In this document: positions 36,233 to 46,064 of the stretch, piece after piece
How the letters are laid out: each line of letters begins with the position of its first letter
How positions within the stretch are numbered: position 1 is the first letter of the stretch
Origin: Candidatus Heimdallarchaeota archaeon
GTDB taxonomy: Archaea; Asgardarchaeota; Heimdallarchaeia; Heimdallarchaeales; Heimdallarchaeaceae
Assembly: GCA_019057375.1 (NCBI GenBank)
Contig: DXJF01000053.1
Span: forward strand, 1-64,000
Reading direction: 5' to 3'
DNA: 64,000 nucleotides
Notes under the pieces: model-generated
Database searches by the model: none
The model's input: the letters and a program-made list of their open reading frames with translations, nothing else
Told to the model about the DNA's origin: nothing
Made by a program: the position numbers and the translations under genes

Positions 36233-37948
36233 TTGTACATGAAAAAATTCTTTAGCAATATCCTCACAGCTGTACTTACTCCCTTCCTTTGGGTACTTGG
36301 TGTTCTTCTCTATTTTATTGTAGTTCTTGCTAAGGTTTTCTTTTTTATTTACGAACTTCTCATTCCTCGAGGTCTTCGTGAGTTAGTTCCTATACTCAAC
36401 CTCTGGAGGAAGTACTTAATTTATATTTCTAACCTCTTCTCTAATCCTGAAAAAATGGAATTAGTTAAATTTGAGGAAGAGATTGAAGAAGTTGTTATGA
36501 AAGAAGATAGGATTAACAAAGCTTACCCTATTCAAAGAGGTGTTGGAGAAACTTATGACCATCTCCTAATTATTGTTTTAATTGTTGCAGCTTCCATTGT
36601 TTTGATTGGTAGCCAAACCATCAGTTTTGATGCCCTTATTGATGGGATTATCAGTAGAAGTGATTGGTTGAGCTCACTTGGTGATAAAGCTCTTTGGGTA
36701 GTTATAACTCTTATTGGTGTAGTCTGTTCAACCGTTATGGGTATGCTTTCTTTTGTAGCAACAATCTTTGGACCTATCTATGCTATTTTTCATCGTTCCA
36801 GTTTAAGACTAGTTCAAATGGGAGCTTACAGCTGGGGTTCTTTCTATCAACGACTTGAAAATCTATTTTCCCTTCCATATCTTGCTTCTAAAGCTAGTTT
36901 TTCCTTTTTTGAAGCCCCTCCTGTTGATGCTTCTACTTATGAGGAATTCAAACTTGATCTTGTAAGTGATCTAACAACTTTACGAGAGAGATTTACAAAC
37001 ATTGTTAGTGTTTCTTCTTTTTCTTTACATGAAAAAACTAAGAATCTCTATGAGGAATTTCTTTCATCAGAGACTGAAGATAGACTAGATATGAATAATA
37101 TTGAGGATTCCATCTCTCGAATCTTCTCACTACTTCTTTGGCAGAAAGAAACCAATGTGCTTCCTTGGACAAAAGAACCTGGTTTAGCTAGTTTTGCTGA
37201 GAAAAATTCCATGAAATACCGAGAAGCTAAGCAAACTTTCAGTTTCGTGAGAAAAAAAATAGATGAGCAATTTGTATCAAAAGAGTTTTTCAGTTCTATT
37301 CTTCTTAATGGTTCGTTGAAAGGAATAATGAAAGTTGAAGAAAAATACAATCTCCCCTTTAGTGATTTAGAATATAACCAATTAGCATTTTCTATAGCTT
37401 TAGGCGGACAAAGGTATTTTCTAGACCATCTTTCTAAAGAGAAATTTTTCAAACGAGCTTTAAAGAAGCCCAGAAATATGGTGGTTGGTTTCTTCATGCC
37501 ATTTGTTGAATTCTTCCTGATTTTCTACCATTATGGAAAACACATTGGAAATCAATTCAAGATGATGTTTTCTAAAAACTGGACAAAGAGATCTGCTGTC
37601 TATCTTGGATCTAAATTTATTGAAATCCAAAAAGGATTAAACTCATTACTACTTGCTGATGAACCTCATGAGGAATTAGACGAAGCAACAAAAGCTGAAG
37701 CTAAAGAATCCCTTGGTATGCTTTGGAAGGTCTTATTATTCATCTTCAAAGTTATATTAGCCCTCCCCCTAAGTCTTTACTATTTTGCTAAACTGTTCTA
37801 TCAGCTCGTTTCCAATATCTGGAGAAAGAGAAAACCTGAGGAGAGAATAAAACGTAAATTCGCTAAAGAGATAGCTAAAGAAACAATTGTTGCAATGTAT
37901 GAAGAAATTCATGAAAAGTTGGTAATGGAGACCTTTCTCTATTCATAG
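36233..37948 (+). CDS. uncharacterised membrane protein, paralogue 3
   Basis: PRGLRELVP, AYPIQR, FGPIYAIFH, MGAYSW, LENLFSLPY, ETIVAMYEEIHEK; probable start is the ATG of MKKFF at 36239. Confidence 0.85.
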   Translation: MYMKKFFSNILTAVLTPFLWVLGVLLYFIVVLAKVFFFIYELLIPRGLRELVPILNLWRKYLIYISNLFSNPEKMELVKFEEEIEEVVMKEDRINKAYPIQRGVGETYDHLLIIVLIVAASIVLIGSQTISFDALIDGIISRSDWLSSLGDKALWVVITLIGVVCSTVMGMLSFVATIFGPIYAIFHRSSLRLVQMGAYSWGSFYQRLENLFSLPYLASKASFSFFEAPPVDASTYEEFKLDLVSDLTTLRERFTNIVSVSSFSLHEKTKNLYEEFLSSETEDRLDMNNIEDSISRIFSLLLWQKETNVLPWTKEPGLASFAEKNSMKYREAKQTFSFVRKKIDEQFVSKEFFSSILLNGSLKGIMKVEEKYNLPFSDLEYNQLAFSIALGGQRYFLDHLSKEKFFKRALKKPRNMVVGFFMPFVEFFLIFYHYGKHIGNQFKMMFSKNWTKRSAVYLGSKFIEIQKGLNSLLLADEPHEELDEATKAEAKESLGMLWKVLLFIFKVILALPLSLYYFAKLFYQLVSNIWRKRKPEERIKRKFAKEIAKETIVAMYEEIHEKLVMETFLYS

Positions 37949-38000
37949 ATAACAAAAACTTAATGTAAATCTATTTTTATTTGAAGCTAGGGTAGAAGAA

Positions 38001-39098
38001 ATGGACAACAAAAGGTCTAAACTTCATGAATTGGGATTCCAAGTAGGAATTTTAGAGAGAGGGGAGAGAAATTCTATAGCAGATGTACCTGATGTTACAG
38101 TTGGACATAGTACAATAATTGCTGGAGAAGGTGAATTAAAACCAGGTTTTGGACCCATTAGAACAGGTGTAACAGTAGTAAAACCTCACTCAGGAAATAT
38201 CTATCGCGATAAAGTTAGAGCAAGTTCATATGTCTTTAATGGGTATGGAAAAACAACTGGTTTAATTCAAGTTGAGGAGCTGGGAAATATTGAATCCTAT
38301 ATTGGATTGACTAATACACTGAATATTTCCAAAGTTACTGATGCTTTATTAGATTATCATCTTGAGGAGAACCCTGATATCGGAATAAAAACTTCTACAA
38401 TAAATATTGTAGTGGGAGAATGTCATGATGGATATCTAAATGATATTCAGGGAAGACATGTTCAAAAGATTCATGTTCTTAATGCGATAGAAAGTACTTC
38501 TTCAGATTTTGAAGAAGGATCTGTGGGCGCAGGGACAGGTATGACAGCTCTTGGATTTAAGGGAGGAATTGGGAGTTCATCTAGAATTATTAAAGATGAA
38601 GAAATAGAATATGTTGTAGGAACTCTTGTATTATCTAATTTTGGTAGAAAAAATGATTTGACTATTTTAGGTCATAATTTTGCTAAGTTCATTGAGGAAA
38701 GTGAGAAAGAAGAAGCATCAAAAGAAGACGATGGTTCAGTAATAATTGTAATTGCTACTAATGCCCCATTAAATGCTAGACAACTAAATAGATTAGCTAA
38801 GAGAGCTCCTTTAGGACTTGCTAATACAGGCAGTTACGGTTCTCATGGTTCCGGGGATATTGTAATCGTGTTCTCAACTGAAAACAAAATTAACCATGAT
38901 AATAAAGAAAAGACTTCGACCATGAAATTAGTAAATGAAGAAACAAAGGCTTTCCGAGATTTACAAAGAGCTGTTGTTGAAACAACTGAAGAAGCTATAC
39001 TCAACTCCCTATTAAAAGCAACAACTATAATTGGTAGAGATAATCACAAGAAAGAAGCTATTTCGATTAAAAAAGTCAAAGAAATTCTGTCAAAGTGA
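38001..39098 (+). CDS. dmpA: DmpA-like L-aminopeptidase/D-esterase (peptidase S58, P1 family)
   Basis: NSIADVPDVTVGH, RTGVT, NGYGK, ECHDG.LNDI, EGSVGAGTGM, GFKGGIGSSSR, autoproteolysis site DGS, GSGD. Confidence 0.9.
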   Translation: MDNKRSKLHELGFQVGILERGERNSIADVPDVTVGHSTIIAGEGELKPGFGPIRTGVTVVKPHSGNIYRDKVRASSYVFNGYGKTTGLIQVEELGNIESYIGLTNTLNISKVTDALLDYHLEENPDIGIKTSTINIVVGECHDGYLNDIQGRHVQKIHVLNAIESTSSDFEEGSVGAGTGMTALGFKGGIGSSSRIIKDEEIEYVVGTLVLSNFGRKNDLTILGHNFAKFIEESEKEEASKEDDGSVIIVIATNAPLNARQLNRLAKRAPLGLANTGSYGSHGSGDIVIVFSTENKINHDNKEKTSTMKLVNEETKAFRDLQRAVVETTEEAILNSLLKATTIIGRDNHKKEAISIKKVKEILSK

Positions 39099-39107
39099 CA
39101 GAACAAA

Positions 39108-40154
39108 TTAATGATAGATTATGTCTCTAGAAATTTCTGCTAATGTAGCAACACCAGTCATTTTCATTGCTTTAACCAAGGTTTTTTGCTGTAATTCAAA
39201 GAAAGCTTTCACACCTTCAGCTCCACCACCAACAGCTGCTCGAACAATATCACGTCCAAATAGTACTGAGTCAGCTCCAATTGCAAGCATTTTGAGAACA
39301 TCATAACCAGTTCTTACACCGCCATCAGCAATTATGGTTGTTTTCCCTTTAACTGCGTCTACAACATCGAATAAAGCATCTGCAGTACCTACAGTGTGGT
39401 CAAGAACTCTTCCTCCATGGTTTGAAACAACTACAGCTGAAACACCAGCTTCTAGAGCTGATATTGCATCTTCAGCACACATTACTCCTTTAACCATGAA
39501 TGGAAGTTTTGTTGACTTAACTAGTTCTTTTATATCACCAATTGATTTACGAAAAACTGGTTTGTTATGAGCTGCCATAATTGTGCTTCCACATCCATCT
39601 ACATCAATTCCCACGGCTAAAGTTCCACCTTCTTCATACATTTTAAAGACTTTCTTCAAGGTTTCTTGATCTCTAGGCTTGCTAATCTTAACACCCCAGC
39701 CTTCAGCAGCTATACAAATAGCATCATAACATGGCATAAAATCCCAATCATAGGTGAAAGTATCTCCACGCCAACCAATTGTCCCAGCTTGTTTTGCTCC
39801 CAAAACAGTTGCTTTGCAGAACTCTGGTTCAGTGATAACACTATCACCACCAAATGAATTAACCCCAGTAATTGAAGCTCCCATAATTGGCATAGTTAGC
39901 TTATGACCAAAGAAATCATAGCTTGTATTAGGGGAATAATCCTCACCAATAACTCTCATCTTAAGGTTAAGATTAGCTAATGCACTGACATTATTTTTGA
40001 AAGCTACACCTGAACCTACCCCTCCAAAACCTATTGGAGAGCCATAACTGTGACCTTGGCATATTTTATTGTTGTCTCCGTCACAGATTCTATATACTCC
40101 ACATTTTCCTTTCATCTTTTGTTTTGCAATTTGTCTATGCTCTTCAACGGACAT
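39108..40154 (-). CDS. FMN-dependent alpha-hydroxy acid dehydrogenase/oxidase
   Basis: KGVM, VVSNHGGRVLD, DGGVRTGYDVLKMLAIGAD. Confidence 0.92.
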   Translation of the reverse strand: MSVEEHRQIAKQKMKGKCGVYRICDGDNNKICQGHSYGSPIGFGGVGSGVAFKNNVSALANLNLKMRVIGEDYSPNTSYDFFGHKLTMPIMGASITGVNSFGGDSVITEPEFCKATVLGAKQAGTIGWRGDTFTYDWDFMPCYDAICIAAEGWGVKISKPRDQETLKKVFKMYEEGGTLAVGIDVDGCGSTIMAAHNKPVFRKSIGDIKELVKSTKLPFMVKGVMCAEDAISALEAGVSAVVVSNHGGRVLDHTVGTADALFDVVDAVKGKTTIIADGGVRTGYDVLKMLAIGADSVLFGRDIVRAAVGGGAEGVKAFFELQQKTLVKAMKMTGVATLAEISRDIIYH

Positions 40155-40330
40155 TTGAATTCCTCTTTTATCCTATTATAATTGGGTTTCTTTTTATACA
40201 ATTTAAATCCTTTTTCCTTTTTCAAAATTAAACAGTCTGGTGATGAGTTTCATTTAGTTAAAATTTCACATAATGTTACCAAGAATTTTTAAATGAAAAG
40301 TAATAGCAAACTAGTGAGTGAATTCTGCAG

Positions 40331-41830
40331 ATGAATGAAACCATAGCTTTTGTTCAAACACCTAAGGATATAGCAAAATTGATGATTTCACTTATTTCGG
40401 AAAACAAAAAAATTCAGAAAAACATATCTATTCTAGATTCAGGCTGCGGTAAGGGTATCTTCCTTAAAGGTCTTCAAGAAGCAGGATTTACAAATATTGA
40501 GGGAATTGAACTAAGTAAAGATTTGTATGAATTCTGTCTGAAGAAGTTCCCGAATATCCAACTTTACAATGATGATTATTTAGATTGGTTAAGTCTAAAG
40601 GAATACGACCTCATAATAGGTAATCCTCCTTATACTCACTATAATTCTCTTCCCAGATCTAGTAGATCAAAAGTTGTAAGAATTGTAGGAAACAAAGAGT
40701 CAGATATTTACTATGCATTCATTTTGAAATCTATTGAATTGTTGAAAGAAGGAGGAGAATTAATTTTCATTGTTCCATATGGTTTTTTCTTTAATACTTA
40801 TGCCAAGGTGATTAGAGAGAGAATAATCGATAATGGTTATCTGGAAACAATTATAGATTTGGATGAAACCAGATTATTTGAAGATGAAAATCCTGAAACG
40901 CTTATTTTTAAATTTGTTAAGAAATCTTTGGAATCTAAGCAGAATATTAGAATACTTAGGATAAAAGAAAGAAATTTCAAACCAAATACCATCAATAATA
41001 AAGCAGTTGAATCGTTATCAAATAGTAAAGAAAATGAGGTTTTTACATACTACGAAAGACAGATGTTTACTCATGAGAATGAAGTATGGACAACTTATCC
41101 TGAAAAAATCTTTTCTGATTTTTATCTTTTGAAAGAAGTATGTTGGATTGGAGTTGGTTTGGTTTCAGGATTTGAACAAGCTTTCCTTCTTGATGAGGAA
41201 GAAAAATCTCTATTAAATGATGAAGAAAAGGAATTTTTAGTAAGGTCAATCAAATCAAAACATTGTCAAGGATATTGGACAGATGGTTTTGAATATTATT
41301 TATTGATTGATAAAAGGATTAAATCTGAAGAAGAACTGAAGAGATATCCTACCATTCATAGGAAACTTATCTCACATAAGGATAGTATGACAGTTAGATA
41401 TTTTCCTGCCAGTAACAAATGGTTTCATTGGCAAGCTTTAAGGAATTATGAGAAGCTGAGATCCTTTATTGCTCAACCCAAAATTTTTGTACCAAGTTTA
41501 GATAGAAGCACAGAGAACAGATTCAGTCTAACTGAAGAACCGTATCTACCATCTGGAGATGTACTTACACTGGTTCCACAGCAAAAGGATCCTTTCTTTT
41601 TATTAGGCTATCTTAACAGTAAATTCTTTAGGGAATATTATCTCTCTGCTGGTGCAAGGAGAGGGCATAGAATCTCATTCACTCAGCGAATTATGAGTAA
41701 TGTAAGAATTCCCGTTTTTGATCAAGAGACAGAAAATGGAATAGCTAAAATAGCAAAGAATATTTTTGACGGAAAGAATACTGCAAAAAGAAAGGAAATA
41801 GACGAAATTATTTCAATCAATCTCAAATAG
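40331..41830 (+). CDS. N6-adenine DNA methyltransferase (gamma class)
   Basis: VQTP, motif I LDSGCGKGIF, motif IV GNPPY, SDIYYAF; C-terminal LGYLNS. Confidence 0.9.
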   Translation: MNETIAFVQTPKDIAKLMISLISENKKIQKNISILDSGCGKGIFLKGLQEAGFTNIEGIELSKDLYEFCLKKFPNIQLYNDDYLDWLSLKEYDLIIGNPPYTHYNSLPRSSRSKVVRIVGNKESDIYYAFILKSIELLKEGGELIFIVPYGFFFNTYAKVIRERIIDNGYLETIIDLDETRLFEDENPETLIFKFVKKSLESKQNIRILRIKERNFKPNTINNKAVESLSNSKENEVFTYYERQMFTHENEVWTTYPEKIFSDFYLLKEVCWIGVGLVSGFEQAFLLDEEEKSLLNDEEKEFLVRSIKSKHCQGYWTDGFEYYLLIDKRIKSEEELKRYPTIHRKLISHKDSMTVRYFPASNKWFHWQALRNYEKLRSFIAQPKIFVPSLDRSTENRFSLTEEPYLPSGDVLTLVPQQKDPFFLLGYLNSKFFREYYLSAGARRGHRISFTQRIMSNVRIPVFDQETENGIAKIAKNIFDGKNTAKRKEIDEIISINLK

Positions 41831-41893
41831 CTAATTTATTTCAAGTCAGACTAAAGTTTTTAAAGGGGAGGATTCTCACTATATGGGGCAAGT

Positions 41894-42514
41894 ATGGGCA
41901 ACCTAAATGGAGGGTCTAGCACAGATTGGAAATATTATGATACTGTAAATTACATTATGTCCCAACAATTTTTTGAGAAACCTCACTTTATTATAGATAG
42001 AAGAGCATCTAAGAAAATTAAGATTAAGAATAGCGGGGTTGTCATTGACAAACTCATAGAAATTGTGAAAGAAAATATTGATCCTTATGAGAGAGGAGAG
42101 GATGAGGAATTCATAGGTCAACTTGCATCAAAATTTAATATTCGTGCAAGGGAGATTTTTGAGAGATATAATAACAAGATGAATAATCTAGAAGAAATTC
42201 AAAAACAAGATAAAAATTTCAATCTGATGGTTGCATTAAGTGTAATTATAGAGTATTTTCAAAAAAGAGCAACTGTAACAATCCATAAGCAGCTTAGGGA
42301 TGATTTGAAAAACAAGTTCGTTAATAACAGTTTCAAAAAATCTTTAGATTTTTTACATCAGACAGCTGATGATGATTTTTCTTTATTACTAAATATTGGT
42401 GTTCTAATGAAATATGCTAAAGTTACTAAAACAGAAATTTCTTCAAAATATTTTGATAAAAAACTGAAAATAGTATTAAAAAAACTACTAAAATCTGATT
42501 TTACTATTAGTTAA
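41894..42514 (+). CDS. hypothetical protein downstream of the methyltransferase
   Basis: 206-aa basic, helical ORF; no clear nuclease motif. Confidence 0.7.
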   Translation: MGNLNGGSSTDWKYYDTVNYIMSQQFFEKPHFIIDRRASKKIKIKNSGVVIDKLIEIVKENIDPYERGEDEEFIGQLASKFNIRAREIFERYNNKMNNLEEIQKQDKNFNLMVALSVIIEYFQKRATVTIHKQLRDDLKNKFVNNSFKKSLDFLHQTADDDFSLLLNIGVLMKYAKVTKTEISSKYFDKKLKIVLKKLLKSDFTIS

Positions 42515-42610
42515 ATTTTCCAATCAATGTTAATTCTTTTTACTTCTATTAGATTCATGTAAGCCTCCCCAACAAGTATTTAAAACGTTAAACCTAGATT
42601 TGAGAGATTA

Positions 42611-44518
42611 GTGATTCAAATGGTGGATGATGAAAGGAAACAACTAGAAAACTTGATTCTGTATCATAAAAGGAAATATTATGATGATGAACCAGAGATT
42701 TCTGATGCGGAATACGATAGTCTAGAGGATAGATTAAAAGATATTGATCCTGAAAACCCTGTTTTGTTTATTGTTGGTACTCCTTCAGGAGGTAATGTGA
42801 TTCATGATCCTCCTATGCTTTCATGCCAAAAAGCCAAAACTGTGGATAAAATCATTTCTTGGTCTGAAAATCGACCATTAATGATGGGTTACAAAATAGA
42901 TGGTTTATCTCTGAAAATAATTTACCAGAATTCTAAGCTGATTCAAGCTGCTACCAGAGGTTCAGGTACTCTAGGTGAGGATATAACATTAAATATATTG
43001 AAAATTCAGACGATTCCTAAAACAATACCATTTAATGATAGAGTAGAAATTCGAGGTGAGCTCTTTATGCGAATCTCTGAATTTAACAGGATAAATGATT
43101 CCTTACCTGAAGAAAAAAAATACAGTAATCCTAGAAATCTCGCAGCTGGAACTGTTAAACAAAAAGATGCACGCGTGATGGAAGGACGCGCACTTAATTT
43201 CAAGGCATTTGAACTACTGAAATGGAATGACCAAGCAACTACAGAAGAAAAAGCTTCAACCTTGAAAACTTGGGGATTTGAAACTTCTGATTACCTTACT
43301 ATAGATTCACCAAATTACGAGGAAGTATCTAAACATTTCAAAAGTGTAGAGAGTGATAGAGATAATCTAGACTTTGAAATTGATGGAGTTGTGTTCAAGT
43401 ACAACTTAGCTTCAGATAGAGAAGAAGTTGGTGCAACAGATCATCATCCCCGATGGCAAATAGCCTTGAAATTTGAAAGTAAGGGTAAATCTACAAAACT
43501 AAATGCAATTACTTGGCAAGTTGGAAGAACATCTGTTTTAACTCCTGTTGCTGAATTAGAACCTATTGAAGTTTCTGGTGCTGTAATAAGCAGAGCAACA
43601 TTGCACAATGCTGATTTCCTGATTAAGCTAGACGCTAAACCTGGTGATTTTGTTTATGTTGAAAGATCCGGAGAGGTAATTCCAAAAATTATTAGTGTTA
43701 CAGCGAAGAATTCTACTGGAAAAGTAAATCTACCTGATCAATGTCCATCTTGTGGTGCTAAAACAGTGAAATCAGGTGTAAATCTTCTCTGTGGAGGAGA
43801 TTCATGTAGGGGAAGAGATATTCAACTGATTAATTCATGGATTCGAAAAACAGGCATTGATGGAATTGGCAGTAAAAGTTTAGAGAAACTTTATGACACT
43901 GGTTTAGTTAAACATTATTCCAGCCTTTATGCTCTCAACGAAGACCAATTAGTTACTCTTTTAGGTAGAAACGGTGCAAAGATCTTTTCCTCAATAGAGA
44001 GTACAAGGGAACTCCCTTTTCGAACATTCCTAGCTGGTTTAGGGATTGAGTCCTTGGGACAAACAATGGGTAAGAAACTTGCCAATAATTTTACTTCTCT
44101 AGATGAACTTAAAGAAGCTTCTATCGAAAAACTGACTAGCCTTGAGGGAATTTCCGATATTACTGCTAGGAATATAAGTAATGGCATAAATCAAACGGAA
44201 CGATACGAAAAATTGTTCAAAAATGGTTTGAAGATTATCTATCCTGAGAAAAAAGATATACAGATCACTAATAATAAAGAAACACAACAAGTGAGTTCAT
44301 TAAAAATATATGTTACAGGAAAAGTAGAAGAATATACAAAAATTGAATTGAGAGAGTTAATAGAAAACAAAGGAATAATCTGGGGTTCAGGTGTTTCCAA
44401 AAGCTTAGATTATTTGGTACTTGCTGAAAATGCTGGAAAAAGTAGACAGGAACAAGCAAAAGCTTTGGGAGTAAAGATGATTAAATGGGAAGAATTTCAT
44501 TCGAAATATATTGAATGA
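42611..44518 (+). CDS. ligA: NAD-dependent DNA ligase
   Basis: YYDDEPEISDAEYD, HDPPMLS, KIDG adenylation site, ATRGSG, EIRGE, NPRNLAAG, DGVVFK, WQVGRT, zinc finger, HhH, BRCT. Confidence 0.96.
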   Translation: MIQMVDDERKQLENLILYHKRKYYDDEPEISDAEYDSLEDRLKDIDPENPVLFIVGTPSGGNVIHDPPMLSCQKAKTVDKIISWSENRPLMMGYKIDGLSLKIIYQNSKLIQAATRGSGTLGEDITLNILKIQTIPKTIPFNDRVEIRGELFMRISEFNRINDSLPEEKKYSNPRNLAAGTVKQKDARVMEGRALNFKAFELLKWNDQATTEEKASTLKTWGFETSDYLTIDSPNYEEVSKHFKSVESDRDNLDFEIDGVVFKYNLASDREEVGATDHHPRWQIALKFESKGKSTKLNAITWQVGRTSVLTPVAELEPIEVSGAVISRATLHNADFLIKLDAKPGDFVYVERSGEVIPKIISVTAKNSTGKVNLPDQCPSCGAKTVKSGVNLLCGGDSCRGRDIQLINSWIRKTGIDGIGSKSLEKLYDTGLVKHYSSLYALNEDQLVTLLGRNGAKIFSSIESTRELPFRTFLAGLGIESLGQTMGKKLANNFTSLDELKEASIEKLTSLEGISDITARNISNGINQTERYEKLFKNGLKIIYPEKKDIQITNNKETQQVSSLKIYVTGKVEEYTKIELRELIENKGIIWGSGVSKSLDYLVLAENAGKSRQEQAKALGVKMIKWEEFHSKYIE

Positions 44519-44552
44519 TCTACCTTTTTTTATAATCGATTTCATCCCTTTT

Positions 44553-45182
44553 TCATAATTTCATAGTAATAGTAATTCCATCTCTTAAAGGTAGAATAGA
44601 TGATGAAACTCTTTTATCTGAAAAAGCTAATCTGTTATACTCTCTTGAACCTGCTGTTTGATAATCTTTCTTTCGTTTTTGAGCGACTTTTCCACACCAC
44701 AAAGTATTATCAGTTATCAATAATCCTCCTTTTCTAAGCTTAGGAATTGCTTTCTCGAAAACTTCAGGATAATCTTCTTTTTCTACATCATTAAATATTA
44801 TATCAAATTTACCCTCAATTTCATCTAGAATTTCGATTGCATCTCCAGTTCTAAAATCAATCTTTGTTTTAACCCCAGCTTTTTTGAAATATTTCTCAGC
44901 AAGCAGTTTATTTTCCTTCGTGAAATCTGTACAGATTATTTCTGTTGTCTCATCCATCCTTTCTGAAAACCATAAAGCTGAATATCCAAAACCGGAACCT
45001 AGTTCAAGAATTCTTCTAGCTTTAATCAATCTTGCATATTGATTTAACAATACACCAACAAGTGGTTCAATTATAGGGAAATCTATGCTTGTTGCATAAT
45101 TTTCCACTTCTGTATATATTGAAGCACGATTTTCTAGAAGATCTGTCATATACTTCTCCACCTTAGGATTAGTAATTTTCAT
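44553..45182 (-). CDS. SAM-dependent O-methyltransferase (COMT/CCoAOMT-like)
   Basis: ILELGSGFGYSALW, FDIIFND..K..Y, GGLLITDN.LW.G, LPLRDG. Confidence 0.9.
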   Translation of the reverse strand: MKITNPKVEKYMTDLLENRASIYTEVENYATSIDFPIIEPLVGVLLNQYARLIKARRILELGSGFGYSALWFSERMDETTEIICTDFTKENKLLAEKYFKKAGVKTKIDFRTGDAIEILDEIEGKFDIIFNDVEKEDYPEVFEKAIPKLRKGGLLITDNTLWCGKVAQKRKKDYQTAGSREYNRLAFSDKRVSSSILPLRDGITITMKL

Positions 45183-45312
45183 GATTCAACGCTAACTCAA
45201 AGGAATAAAAATGCTAACTTCTTCCAAAAAATTTCATAATTATAAAATCAATGAAACTTGGAAAAAGAAATAGATTTATAATAACTCTAAACTACATTTA
45301 TTCGATAACACA

Positions 45313-45627
45313 ATGAATTTCGCTGATATCAATATTCCTGGGGAAGTAGTAACTGTCGAAGGTGAAAAAAAGGCTAATGAAATTATTATGCTAGCCTTAA
45401 GTACATGTCAATGGTGTAAAAAGGGGAAACAATGGCTGAAAGATAACAATTACACTTACAGTTATCTTGACATTGATAAAGTTCCTTTTGAAGATAAAAG
45501 AGAATTCAAAAGAGCTGTCAGTAAGCATTTCAATGCGATGGTTAGATATCCTTTCTTAATCGTTGACGGAGATAAATTCTACGCTGGTTTTAACATAGAA
45601 AATTGGAAAGAAATGTTTCTCGAATAG
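45313..45627 (+). CDS. glutaredoxin family protein
   Basis: LSTCQWCKK (CxxC), cis-Pro YP, ..GF. Confidence 0.88.
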   Translation: MNFADINIPGEVVTVEGEKKANEIIMLALSTCQWCKKGKQWLKDNNYTYSYLDIDKVPFEDKREFKRAVSKHFNAMVRYPFLIVDGDKFYAGFNIENWKEMFLE

Positions 45628-45628
45628 G

Positions 45629-45973
45629 TTGATATTCATGAAAGAGAAAACTATAGATGATGTTACAAAATATATAAAACAAGTAGCTCAAAAGAGAAAT
45701 TGGATCTTACATCCAAATGATGATGGAACACTTGATATGCTGATTGAAGGATTAAGAGACTATTTTAACAGGGTAGGATACTTTAACTGTCCATGCAGAG
45801 ATTCATATGAAAATATGAAAATTGACAGAGATATTATTTGTCCTTGCGATTATGCTCAACCTGACATAGATGAATTTGGACGTTGTTATTGTGCTTTATA
45901 CTTCGACACTAACTATTCATTTGATTCTGAAATCGAAATGATTCCTGAAAGAAGACCTGTAGAAAAGTGGTAA
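45629..45973 (+). CDS. ftrB: ferredoxin:thioredoxin reductase catalytic subunit
   Basis: CPCR, ICPC, CYCALY motifs; immediately after glutaredoxin. Confidence 0.88.
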   Translation: MIFMKEKTIDDVTKYIKQVAQKRNWILHPNDDGTLDMLIEGLRDYFNRVGYFNCPCRDSYENMKIDRDIICPCDYAQPDIDEFGRCYCALYFDTNYSFDSEIEMIPERRPVEKW

Positions 45974-46064
45974 ATCCTCTTATTTCTACTCTAAATTATT
46001 CTAGAGCGTTTTTTTGCATTTTCGTTAGTCAATAAACTTAATAAGTAAGCGATAAAAATTTACT

